A DNA stretch of 20,000 nt, taken from the IMG/VR virus record IMGVR_UViG_3300026521_000636; one strand, 5' to 3'. Under the pieces are notes generated by a model that was not told the DNA's origin, searched no databases, and saw nothing but the letters and a program-made list of their open reading frames with translations. This stretch comes from an uncultured virus (IMG/VR IMGVR_UViG_3300026521_000636). Lineage: Duplodnaviria > Heunggongvirae > Uroviricota > Caudoviricetes. Of this stretch, positions 7,952 through 15,727 are shown one piece after another. How positions within the stretch are numbered: the stretch's first letter is position 1; every line of letters starts with the position of its first letter. The position numbers and the translations under genes are program-made.

Positions 7952-9076
7952 ATGCTACCACACATCATTAATGGGAATGGGACAATCAGTATTATGTTGG
8001 ATGGGACTATGAAACCTATCGATACAGCGCATAAAAATTATGAAGCCATTAAAGAGGCTCTTAAAAACCAAGAATGGGATTTAGTACCAGAATTAGTAAA
8101 TATTGCTCAAGAAGTAGAAGATGCAATCAATGCAAGTGATATTGGTGAAAATACAGTTACTATTAAGGATGGAGAAGTACTATATAATGGTAGTCCTATC
8201 CATAATACACTAACTGATCGTATTATTTCAATGGCAAAAGAAGGCTTTGATATTAGTCATATGGTTAAATTCTTAGAAAATCTTATGAAAAACCCTTCAT
8301 ATCGTGCTGTAAATGAACTTTATGATTTTCTTGAAGTCGGTGCAATTCCAATTACTGAAAATGGAACATTTCTCGCTTACAAAAAAATCAGAAATGATTG
8401 GAAAGACATTTATACAGGGACGATTGATAACTCAATAGGTGCAGTTATTTCAATGCCTCGTAATCAGGTAAATGAAGACTCTAATCAAACTTGTAGTACT
8501 GGGTTACATGTTTGTAGTTACGATTATCTTCCTTCATTTGGTTCAACTGGCGATGATAGAGTTGTTATCTGCGAAATAAATCCGTCGGATGTTGTTTCTA
8601 TCCCAAAAGATTATAACAATACTAAGATGCGATGTTGCGAATATAAAGTAATCGGTGAAGTTGAAGATTATCAAGCTGAAAACACTTTAGCTAAACAATC
8701 AGTAGTCGAAACTTCAGATGTTACAGAAGGTAAAATCGATGGTACTGTTGATACTGTTGCTGAAGAAGCAAAGGCTATCGGAAAACAAATTACTGATGGA
8801 TTAGACGATTGTACTATCGATGATGCATGGATCAGAGCAGTTCTAAATGATAAAGGTTTGCCAAATGAAACTATGAAATCATTTAATAGAAAAACTCTAA
8901 GAAATGATACAACAGGCATTGGTAAGATGATTGCACGATTAATCAAATCTGGTGATCTAGATAAATCTATTCTAGATGAGATCCTCGAAAAAGATACTTC
9001 TGAAGATGTATGTGGTCGTTGTGGTCATGATTTAGATGGAATGAGTGAATGTCCGAGTTGTGGATACTACAATTAA
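7952..9076 (+). CDS. rIIB: rIIB-like phage protein with C-terminal zinc ribbon
   Basis: FLENLMKNPS..AVNELYDFL..PITENGTFLAYK, MPRNQV..D...TCSTGLHV and NPSDVVSIPKDYNNTKMRCCEYKV match T4 rIIB-family motifs. CGRC-x8-CPSC tail. Confidence 0.85.
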   Translation: MLPHIINGNGTISIMLDGTMKPIDTAHKNYEAIKEALKNQEWDLVPELVNIAQEVEDAINASDIGENTVTIKDGEVLYNGSPIHNTLTDRIISMAKEGFDISHMVKFLENLMKNPSYRAVNELYDFLEVGAIPITENGTFLAYKKIRNDWKDIYTGTIDNSIGAVISMPRNQVNEDSNQTCSTGLHVCSYDYLPSFGSTGDDRVVICEINPSDVVSIPKDYNNTKMRCCEYKVIGEVEDYQAENTLAKQSVVETSDVTEGKIDGTVDTVAEEAKAIGKQITDGLDDCTIDDAWIRAVLNDKGLPNETMKSFNRKTLRNDTTGIGKMIARLIKSGDLDKSILDEILEKDTSEDVCGRCGHDLDGMSECPSCGYYN

Positions 9077-9102
9077 ATCTACCTTAAAATAACTTCAAAT
9101 TT

Positions 9103-9128
9103 TGGTCATAGATAATATTCTATGACCA
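9103..9128 (+). terminator. hairpin after rIIB, probable terminator
   Basis: TGGTCATAGA-N6-TCTATGACCA followed by a T-rich tract. Confidence 0.55.
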
Positions 9129-9152
9129 TTCTTCATTTTTTTACCTCTAAAC

Positions 9153-9181
9153 TTGACTTTTAATTTAAATTTTGATATAAT
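9153..9181 (+). promoter_or_regulatory. sigma70-type promoter
   Basis: TTGACT-N17-TATAAT with TG. Confidence 0.85.
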
Positions 9182-9209
9182 ATAGTAATTTTAAATTAAA
9201 GGAACATTT

Positions 9210-10070
9210 ATGTCAGAAGTACAAATCCCATTATCCGAACAAGAATCTTTTAAATCGTTTGAAGAAGCCTATCATTCAGTTCAAGGAACAAGAACATCTA
9301 TGGTTATGAAATTTAAATCATATACCGGTCCTAGCTATGGTATTGATGACTTATTTTCTGTTGCAGATGAAGCAATCGTTAAAGCATGGAATGATTGGGA
9401 TCCATCAATGTCAAAGTTTAATACATATGTTCAAAATCATATTCAATGGGGTATTTGGAATTTTTTAAATGCTATGAATAGCACCTTTAAAACTAATGCA
9501 GTAACCACATATGAATTGACTCAAGAAGGTGACTCATATAAGGAGATAAAGGAGAGAGGTTTAACAAAATCTAAAGAATTCAATGATTTGCATGAGCTTG
9601 ATGGGAGTGAACAGGCAAAAGATCGATTTAATAGAGATCTATTCAATGAGTATGTTCGTTTTGAAACATCAAAAAGACGACCATTTAAACTTGCAACTGC
9701 ATCAAATTTTCAAACTCAAGATGCCGATGATTTTGATATTATGGAAACTGCGGTAGGGACTCCATTTGCAGAAAAATCATGGATAGAAGATTTAAATATG
9801 ACAGAAGCAGAAGTTGAACTTGAAATTACCAAATTAGATAGAGACAAGCGTAGAGTAGCAGAAGCATTACTAAATGGTGAAACTATATCTGATTTAGCAA
9901 AAGAGTTTGGAGTTTCAAAAATAGCATTTATGCAGATGTTTGCACCTGAAACATCCGGAACTAGAGGTAAAGCAAAAATATCAAGAAAACAAGCACGACT
10001 AGCTCATGCAAAAAAACAACGAGCTTTAAAACTTGCGCAAATAAATGAAAAAAGTGCCAATGAGGCTTGA
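9210..10070 (+). CDS. phage-encoded sigma70-family-like RNA polymerase sigma factor
   Basis: Region-2-like DDLFSVADEAIVKAWNDWDPSMSKFNTYVQNHIQWGI and region-4-like HTH LDRDKRRVAEALLNGETISDLAKEFGVSK. Confidence 0.75.
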   Translation: MSEVQIPLSEQESFKSFEEAYHSVQGTRTSMVMKFKSYTGPSYGIDDLFSVADEAIVKAWNDWDPSMSKFNTYVQNHIQWGIWNFLNAMNSTFKTNAVTTYELTQEGDSYKEIKERGLTKSKEFNDLHELDGSEQAKDRFNRDLFNEYVRFETSKRRPFKLATASNFQTQDADDFDIMETAVGTPFAEKSWIEDLNMTEAEVELEITKLDRDKRRVAEALLNGETISDLAKEFGVSKIAFMQMFAPETSGTRGKAKISRKQARLAHAKKQRALKLAQINEKSANEA

Positions 10071-10095
10071 TTTATTTCCTAATTTTAGATATAAT
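10067..10095 (+). promoter_or_regulatory. sigma70-type promoter; -35 overlaps sigma gene stop
   Basis: TTGATT-N17-TATAAT, TGA 10068-10070 lies inside the -35. Confidence 0.8.
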
Positions 10096-10123
10096 TATAT
10101 ATATTTAAATTAAAGGAACAATT

Positions 10124-10513
10124 ATGAAAGTTTGGACTGAAAATTATGGAGCTGATGCAGATGGTAACAGAGGTATTTTAACAACTTTTGCAGAGTTAGA
10201 GCCAGAGGATGATGAGGTAGTTATTGAAGAACTATATGAATCATTTATTGAAGATAGAGGCGATTTACCAAAAACGATGAATGTTTATATAGATGACTTT
10301 GAATTTGAAGTTGATACTGAAGATTATCGTGATCAATTAGTTGGGCGTTTAATGGAAGATGAAGATACAGATTTAGAAGATAAATTCCTAGTTCTTTATT
10401 GGCTTAAAGAGAATGAGACTGATGATTATAAGAACGAACTCGATTTGGTAACTGCTAAATTAACAGCAAAAGTAGCTGATACAACCGAACGATTGATTGA
10501 AGAATATCTCTAA
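10124..10513 (+). CDS. highly acidic hypothetical protein
   Basis: Own promoter and AAAGGA RBS, D/E-rich. Confidence 0.8.
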   Translation: MKVWTENYGADADGNRGILTTFAELEPEDDEVVIEELYESFIEDRGDLPKTMNVYIDDFEFEVDTEDYRDQLVGRLMEDEDTDLEDKFLVLYWLKENETDDYKNELDLVTAKLTAKVADTTERLIEEYL

Positions 10514-10517
10514 AAAG

Positions 10518-10576
10518 CTTGACTTTTTAGTCAAGTTATGTTATAATATGGCATAATTAATCAAAAGGATAACAAA
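10518..10576 (+). promoter_or_regulatory. promoter+RBS repeat copy (variant with palindromic -35)
   Basis: CTTGACT-TTTT-AGTCAAG-TTATGTTATAATATGGCATAATTAATCAAAAGGATAACAAA. Confidence 0.88.
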
Positions 10577-10852
10577 ATGGTAAAAGTTAAAGTTTCAAAT
10601 ATGGTAGGTAATAGTGGTAGAGAAGTAGCAAATCAATTTATCATCGAAACAGATGAAGGTAGATTTTTTCAATCATACGAAACGATCATAGCATTTATTG
10701 CAAATGATGGTTCTGTTACACTAAACAATATTTATGATCATTCAACTACAACTGGGAAATACAGAAATGCATTCTTAGGTGATAGTGGTGTTGCTGAAAC
10801 AAGAAAAAAAGTTGCAAGTGGAGAATATAAACTTGCGGATTTAAATTCATAA
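10577..10852 (+). CDS. phage hypothetical protein
   Basis: VANQFII..FQSY.TIIA..YDHSTTTGKYRNAFL resembles an uncharacterised family recalled from phages. Confidence 0.8.
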   Translation: MVKVKVSNMVGNSGREVANQFIIETDEGRFFQSYETIIAFIANDGSVTLNNIYDHSTTTGKYRNAFLGDSGVAETRKKVASGEYKLADLNS

Positions 10853-10863
10853 GGATAGAGGTC

Positions 10864-11082
10864 ATGACAATTTTATTAACAGCATACAACCCTAACTTTA
10901 GTGATAAAGTTAAAGCTAATATTAGTGCTAAAGTTGAGCCTACTATGGTTTCAACCCATAGCGATAGTCAATCATTCGATTTGGAAGCTGCAGTAAATAT
11001 TATTACTCATTTTGGAAATGATAATGATCAAGAGATTCTAGAAAATTTGAATCAACAACATGTGGATTATATTGAATTTTAA
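10864..11082 (+). CDS. hypothetical protein
   Basis: AAGGA/GAGG RBS, operonic. Confidence 0.7.
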   Translation: MTILLTAYNPNFSDKVKANISAKVEPTMVSTHSDSQSFDLEAAVNIITHFGNDNDQEILENLNQQHVDYIEF

Positions 11083-11092
11083 TTCAAAATAC

Positions 11093-11121
11093 TTGACTTT
11101 ATACCTAAATTAGGGTATAAT
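11093..11121 (+). promoter_or_regulatory. sigma70-type promoter
   Basis: TTGACT-N17-TATAAT. Confidence 0.85.
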
Positions 11122-11152
11122 ATATTATATAAAAAGAAAAGGATAAAAACAA

Positions 11153-11467
11153 ATGCCATTAACAAAAGAAATCAAAATGGGAATTTACACTAAAGGTTCT
11201 GGGATTAGACTTATCGGTGAATTAGATTTAATCACTCAAGATGAAGGCCATAAAGATGAAGCGATTTATTTGGTTACAATGGCCATGATGAGAGACCCGA
11301 GAGAACCAATCGGTGAAAAAGAGATGAAAGAATACGAAAATGCTGTCAAATCTATGTTTAGAGATCATAGACATGATTATAAAGCTAAAGATCGTGCTGA
11401 AGCAGATAAATTCATTGAATATAATATAGGGTCTTGGGAAGAAGTAAGATCTCTATCTAAAATCTAA
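11153..11467 (+). CDS. hypothetical protein
   Basis: Own promoter and AAAGGA RBS. Confidence 0.8.
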   Translation: MPLTKEIKMGIYTKGSGIRLIGELDLITQDEGHKDEAIYLVTMAMMRDPREPIGEKEMKEYENAVKSMFRDHRHDYKAKDRAEADKFIEYNIGSWEEVRSLSKI

Positions 11468-11469
11468 AA

Positions 11470-11666
11470 CCCTTTGTGGACTTTTTGAGCCGGTAAGTCC
11501 CTTATAAAGAAACATGGCAATTCCTTTGTAAGAAACTCTATACACTATAACACTTTGTGGAAAGAGATGGGAACATCTGGTGGAGGGGCTATCTCTTCCA
11601 CAATAGTAAGAATAGTGAAGATGAATTTGGGTGGTGTGCACTTTTTCATCTTCACTATTCTTATTG
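11470..11666 (+). ncRNA. candidate structured RNA, four consecutive hairpins
   Basis: Stems 11478-83/11495-500, 11501-09/11524-32 (G-U), 11555-70/11589-603 (one bulge, G-U) and a perfect 19-bp stem 11607-25/11645-63. G-U pairs favour the + strand. More GC-rich than other intergenic DNA. Confidence 0.45.
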
Positions 11667-11687
11667 TATAATAAATAGTAGAAAACT

Positions 11688-12710
11688 ATGGAGTTATATA
11701 TGCCTCAATCAAAAACAATCAAAATACAAGTTTGGACAGATTTAAATTATTGTAGAGTAATTGGTATATGGTATCCTGAAGAACCAGAAGATGCTATTGA
11801 TTTTAATGATGCACCATATCTGTTAGTATTATCTAGTATTTTTGAACCTCGTACTGAAGTTATGGGTAATAATCCTATTGCACCAGGTCAACATCCAATA
11901 CCTAAAGATTTTTTAGAAAAACAAATAAGACATATAAGTTATCTTTTTGCAAATGATTTTGGTACTTTTCAACCATATTCAAAAGGGATAGCAAAAACAT
12001 TTTTAGCTAAACAAACTGTATCATATAAAAAAGTAAAAGAGTTTGATATGACCGTTACACCTGCATCTGGCTCTATATCATTAAAGGCATTTAGAGATAG
12101 TATTGACCAATATACAGAAGAAGAACAAGAAGCTATCCAAGTAATGACTATTGGTGAAAATCCTCAAGATGCTCATGCTAAAGATATTGAAGATTTTATA
12201 CATATAGAAAAAAGCGATAACATTGAACAATATATCTCAATAACAAAACTTACCCCAGTTTATGGTATAGATGATCCATATATTGTTAAAACAAGTCTCC
12301 CTGAAGATCCTGCATTTTCATCTCTTCCTCCAGGTACAGAAGATGCAGAAGCATCACAAGAATTTATAGAAACCGTTGAAGCTGCAAAAACAGAAGATAC
12401 AATCAATAGAGAGACTTTAATAACTTATGATACTTTGTCTGAAACACCTCAACCCGTTCTTGATGAAAACGGTGAGCAAGTTCTTAATGAAAACGGTGAA
12501 CCTGTTACCGAATTAAGAGAACCAACAAGAGAAGAAGTTTTAGAGGCTTTATTAAAAGATAAAGAGGCTCAAATTGCAGCCCTTCAACCTCAACCAGTAA
12601 AGGAAAAATTACCTCAACCATTATCAGAAGCAGATCTATTCCCAGAGGAAGCTGCAGACCAATTAGAAAGAGAAACCCTCAATACAACATTCACACCAAA
12701 AGAGATGTAA
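11688..12710 (+). CDS. acidic, Pro/Glu-rich hypothetical protein
   Basis: 340-aa ORF with low-complexity C-terminal half, no clear RBS. Confidence 0.75.
   Translation: MELYMPQSKTIKIQVWTDLNYCRVIGIWYPEEPEDAIDFNDAPYLLVLSSIFEPRTEVMGNNPIAPGQHPIPKDFLEKQIRHISYLFANDFGTFQPYSKGIAKTFLAKQTVSYKKVKEFDMTVTPASGSISLKAFRDSIDQYTEEEQEAIQVMTIGENPQDAHAKDIEDFIHIEKSDNIEQYISITKLTPVYGIDDPYIVKTSLPEDPAFSSLPPGTEDAEASQEFIETVEAAKTEDTINRETLITYDTLSETPQPVLDENGEQVLNENGEPVTELREPTREEVLEALLKDKEAQIAALQPQPVKEKLPQPLSEADLFPEEAADQLERETLNTTFTPKEM
12456..12506 (+). repeat. in-frame 24-bp tandem duplication (VLDENGEQ/VLNENGEP)
   Basis: GTTCTTGATGAAAACGGTGAGCAA / GTTCTTAATGAAAACGGTGAACCT. Confidence 0.8.
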
Positions 12711-12713
12711 TTT

Positions 12714-12752
12714 TTTGATAATGATTTTAATAATCATTATCAATTAGCCCCC
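12714..12752. promoter_or_regulatory. Fur-box-like palindrome with C-run (copy 4)
   Basis: TTGATAATGATT-TTAAT-AATCATTATCAA-TTAGCCCCC, just upstream of the -35 at 12769. Confidence 0.6.
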
Positions 12753-12764
12753 ATTTAAATTAAT

Positions 12765-12830
12765 AAACTTGACTTTTTACCTATTTTATGTTATAATATG
12801 GCATAATTAAAGAAAAGGTGTAAAAGATGA
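12765..12830 (+). repeat. promoter+RBS+ATG repeat, 66 bp identical to 14135-14200
   Basis: AAACTTGACTTTTTACCTATTTTATGTTATAATATGGCATAATTAAAGAAAAGGTGTAAAAGATGA. Confidence 0.95.
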
Positions 12831-13171
12831 TTATCACAACAAATAATGATATTAAAATCTACCAAATTTTTGAAGATATATATGATGGTATTGATAATTT
12901 TATGGATATAGAAAGTCGTAATGTTATTGAACTTACAAAAATTATTATTAATAAAAACTCTCAGTTTAAGACACCAATATTTTTAGACAGTTATAGTAAA
13001 AGAATTGATAAATCATTTAAAAGAGAAACTGTGTGGTTTATTAAATGTGATAGTATAGTTTTTGATTGTAAAAGTGAAGAAATTGCAAATGCACTTTTTG
13101 ACAAAATTGCCTTAGTTTTAGAATTTGGCGATGAACCTTTAAAAACTGTCGATGACCTTTTTGTATTTTAG
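12827..13171 (+). CDS. hypothetical protein
   Basis: ATG supplied by the repeat. Confidence 0.75.
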   Translation: MIITTNNDIKIYQIFEDIYDGIDNFMDIESRNVIELTKIIINKNSQFKTPIFLDSYSKRIDKSFKRETVWFIKCDSIVFDCKSEEIANALFDKIALVLEFGDEPLKTVDDLFVF

Positions 13172-13180
13172 GAGTACATT

Positions 13181-13585
13181 ATGAAAATAACAAACAAAAA
13201 ATTACTATCAGAAATAAACAAAGTTCTCCCTTACAGTTGTTCTGCAGCCGAATCTAATAGTACTGATAGAGCTATATATGTTAGATGTAGTTCTTTACAG
13301 ACAAAACAATTAGAGCAATTAAAAACAAAAATCCTAAATCATCTCAAATCTCTACCATATATGGATGAAAGTGTGGATATTATATCTAGAGTTACAATCA
13401 CTCAAAAACCTGTTCTAGATGGTTTCTATGTATTTGTATGGGGTAATAAAGAGGATGAAAAAAGTTTTCTAACTGCAAAACTTACTTTAGAAACTGAATC
13501 GTTATTAGATATTAAAAAACAGGAATTAGCATTACGAGAAAAAATGCTTTCTACCGTAGAAGCATTAGCTGCATTAAAGGACTAA
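13181..13585 (+). CDS. hypothetical protein
   Basis: AGGAG RBS, operonic. Confidence 0.75.
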   Translation: MKITNKKLLSEINKVLPYSCSAAESNSTDRAIYVRCSSLQTKQLEQLKTKILNHLKSLPYMDESVDIISRVTITQKPVLDGFYVFVWGNKEDEKSFLTAKLTLETESLLDIKKQELALREKMLSTVEALAALKD

Positions 13586-13587
13586 AA

Positions 13588-14142
13588 ATGGATAATTTAA
13601 TTTTAAAATCATCTAATAAATTTAAAATCGATGAATTTAAACGCATCATAGGTGATACTCTTATAATTGAAAATGGAGAAGATTTACCTGAAGTTGATGG
13701 TACTGCTGTTGAGGTTGTAATTTATAAATCAATTGCAGCAGGTAAAAATGTAATTGTCGAAGATACAACACTCACTATTGAAGGTGAAGAGGTAGTCGAC
13801 ATCAAATGGAAAATTGAAGAATTGCAAAATAAATATTCACTAGTGCCAGCTATTTGGAAAACTTATCTTGCTTATAATGATGGAGAAGAAATTCGAGTAT
13901 ATGAAGGTATAGTCAATGGTGTTATAATTCCAGATAGCAAAGATAAAGGATACGGATTTGATCCTTATTTTTTACCTGATGGAAGTGATCGTACTCTTGC
14001 TAAACTTTTAGATGACGGTGAAAAGGACAAATATAGTGCTAGACAAAAAGCATTGATCAATTTAGTTACTAATCATTTATTTGATAGAATACCAACAAAA
14101 ACAGTCCCTGTTTGGTCAGGAAAATATCAAAATCAAACTTGA
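13588..14142 (+). CDS. HAM1/RdgB-family non-canonical purine NTP pyrophosphatase (ITPase-like)
   Basis: SSNKFKIDEF, LPEVDG, VIVEDTTL, GYGFDPYFLP..RTLAKL, KDKYSARQKAL (SHR motif appears as SAR). Confidence 0.85.
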   Translation: MDNLILKSSNKFKIDEFKRIIGDTLIIENGEDLPEVDGTAVEVVIYKSIAAGKNVIVEDTTLTIEGEEVVDIKWKIEELQNKYSLVPAIWKTYLAYNDGEEIRVYEGIVNGVIIPDSKDKGYGFDPYFLPDGSDRTLAKLLDDGEKDKYSARQKALINLVTNHLFDRIPTKTVPVWSGKYQNQT

Positions 14143-14200
14143 CTTTTTACCTATTTTATGTTATAATATGGCATAATTAAAGAAAAGGTGTAAAAGATGA
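14135..14200 (+). repeat. promoter+RBS+ATG repeat; supplies HAM1 stop codon
   Basis: Identical to 12765-12830. TGA 14140-14142 lies inside TTGACT. Confidence 0.95.
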
Positions 14201-14448
14201 AAAAGCTAGTTATATCAGTTGTTACAGATGAAGGTAAAAAATATATCAAAAAAGGATTCTTAGGTTCAAAGACAGTTAGTACAGTTGAACTAGAAGATGC
14301 AACATTATATTCAAAACCTGATGATGTTGAATGGGTTTTAGCAAATTATGAACTACCTTCTCCAGTTATTGAAGTAGTCGATATTCAAATTTCAAAATCA
14401 TTGGAATCTGCAAAAGAAAAATATTTAGCATATGCCGAAATGCTTTAA
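14197..14448 (+). CDS. hypothetical protein
   Basis: ATG supplied by the repeat. Confidence 0.75.
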   Translation: MKKLVISVVTDEGKKYIKKGFLGSKTVSTVELEDATLYSKPDDVEWVLANYELPSPVIEVVDIQISKSLESAKEKYLAYAEML

Positions 14449-14458
14449 AGGATAAAAG

Positions 14459-14665
14459 ATGAATTTAGAAGAAAGAATTAATAAAAGAGCAAAAGAGATA
14501 GAAGCCTCATTTCCGATGGATGTTGAAGCTGTTGCAATTGATGTTGAAGAAGATGGCAACAACACTTATGTAAGTTGGATTGTTTTAGATAATAGTATCT
14601 ATGATGTCACACATGCTCAAATTAGAAACTTCGATGAAAAATTAGAAGGGGTAGAAAATGAATAA
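14459..14665 (+). CDS. small acidic hypothetical protein
   Basis: AAAGGA RBS. Confidence 0.7.
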   Translation: MNLEERINKRAKEIEASFPMDVEAVAIDVEEDGNNTYVSWIVLDNSIYDVTHAQIRNFDEKLEGVENE

Positions 14666-14909
14666 TATATCTTCATTACCAGAAGAGGTAGATCATTTCT
14701 TAGCAGACTTAGCACAATATGGTTCAAATCCAGAAATAGACTATAATGATATTATTAATTTTGCAAATGCAAATGATACAGATAGTATTCTATCAATAAA
14801 AGCTCATATTGCAGATATAGCAGAGTTAGATTTTGATTTTGAAGATGATGAAGTAATTATCTCTTTAGATGCAATAGCTTCTTTAGTAAAAAATACTGAA
14901 AACTCTTGA
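14658..14909 (+). CDS. small acidic hypothetical protein, paralog of 1250..1498
   Basis: Shared motif with 1250..1498. Stop lies inside the next -35. Confidence 0.75.
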   Translation: MNNISSLPEEVDHFLADLAQYGSNPEIDYNDIINFANANDTDSILSIKAHIADIAELDFDFEDDEVIISLDAIASLVKNTENS

Positions 14910-14967
14910 CTTTTTACTCAAATAATGTTATAATATGGCATAATTAAAGAAAAGGTGTAAAAGATGA
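14905..14967 (+). repeat. promoter+RBS+ATG repeat (spacer allele B)
   Basis: 14905-14962 is identical over 58 bp to 15728-15785. Confidence 0.95.
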
Positions 14968-15194
14968 AAAGATTCAAAGTGATTAAAGAATCGGAAAACT
15001 TTGGAAGAGAAGTTGTTTATGAAGCAGATAATAGAGAGGATGCAGAAACTTCTCTTATCGATTGTATAGCATGTACAATCTCAAACTTCGATGAGTATAG
15101 TTGTGATGATATTGATGAAATTCAATATCAAGGTTTTGAAGGTTATGGTAATGGAATCATATACATAGAAGATGATGGTATCAAACCATTTTAA
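14964..15194 (+). CDS. small acidic hypothetical protein
   Basis: ATG supplied by the repeat. Confidence 0.75.
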   Translation: MKRFKVIKESENFGREVVYEADNREDAETSLIDCIACTISNFDEYSCDDIDEIQYQGFEGYGNGIIYIEDDGIKPF

Positions 15195-15210
15195 TAAGAA
15201 AGGGTAAAAA

Positions 15211-15525
15211 ATGTTAATTTTTTCTAAACAAGTCTTTGAAGTTGATTTTGAAATTGAAGATACTTCTATTGAAGGAAAATACCAATATTCTACACAAACT
15301 GACAACTTTGTCGGGTATGAGTATAATACAGAGGTTGAACTAAATTCAGATATTAAAGTTGAATCAGACATTGCAACAACCATCCTCGATAGTGATGATA
15401 TTGAAAATATTATCGAGGAAATGGATATTGATTATGCAATGGACGAAATTCTTATCATATCTAAACAGGATATAGCAGATTATATCGGTGCAGATACAAT
15501 TAAATCAATTAAAGTACAGGAGTAA
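15211..15525 (+). CDS. highly acidic hypothetical protein
   Basis: AAAGGG RBS, D/E-rich. Confidence 0.75.
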   Translation: MLIFSKQVFEVDFEIEDTSIEGKYQYSTQTDNFVGYEYNTEVELNSDIKVESDIATTILDSDDIENIIEEMDIDYAMDEILIISKQDIADYIGADTIKSIKVQE

Positions 15526-15528
15526 AAT

Positions 15529-15723
15529 ATGAATCCTAAAGCATTTAACATCATCTTCTGGGGAATTTTCTCAATATCACTCATTTCTATCATAGTACAA
15601 ATGGTAGTAGTAGGGTGGTTAGGTGTAACGGCAGTTAAAGAAGTTCAAGATAACAATGGAAGTGTAGGACAAACTATCGGTAAATTTATCGGTGATGTTC
15701 AAAAAGGCATGAAAAGTAACTAA
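15529..15723 (+). CDS. small membrane protein
   Basis: AGGAG RBS, N-terminal hydrophobic stretch. Confidence 0.7.
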   Translation: MNPKAFNIIFWGIFSISLISIIVQMVVVGWLGVTAVKEVQDNNGSVGQTIGKFIGDVQKGMKSN

Positions 15724-15727
15724 ATTG

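Noticed and set aside
11470..11666. tRNA or retron msr-msd
   Set aside because: No cloverleaf or T-loop consensus, and no reverse transcriptase in the window.
11453..11745. ORFs 11453..11641 (-) and 11557..11745 (+)
   Set aside because: No RBS, atypical composition, and they overlap neighbours. The region is better explained by hairpins.
5768..14142. Kongming- or Thoeris-like defence operon (Sir2 + HAM1)
   Set aside because: The genes are about 7 kb apart in separate units. This Sir2 is a canonical Zn-binding deacylase type, and no deaminase or TIR gene is seen.
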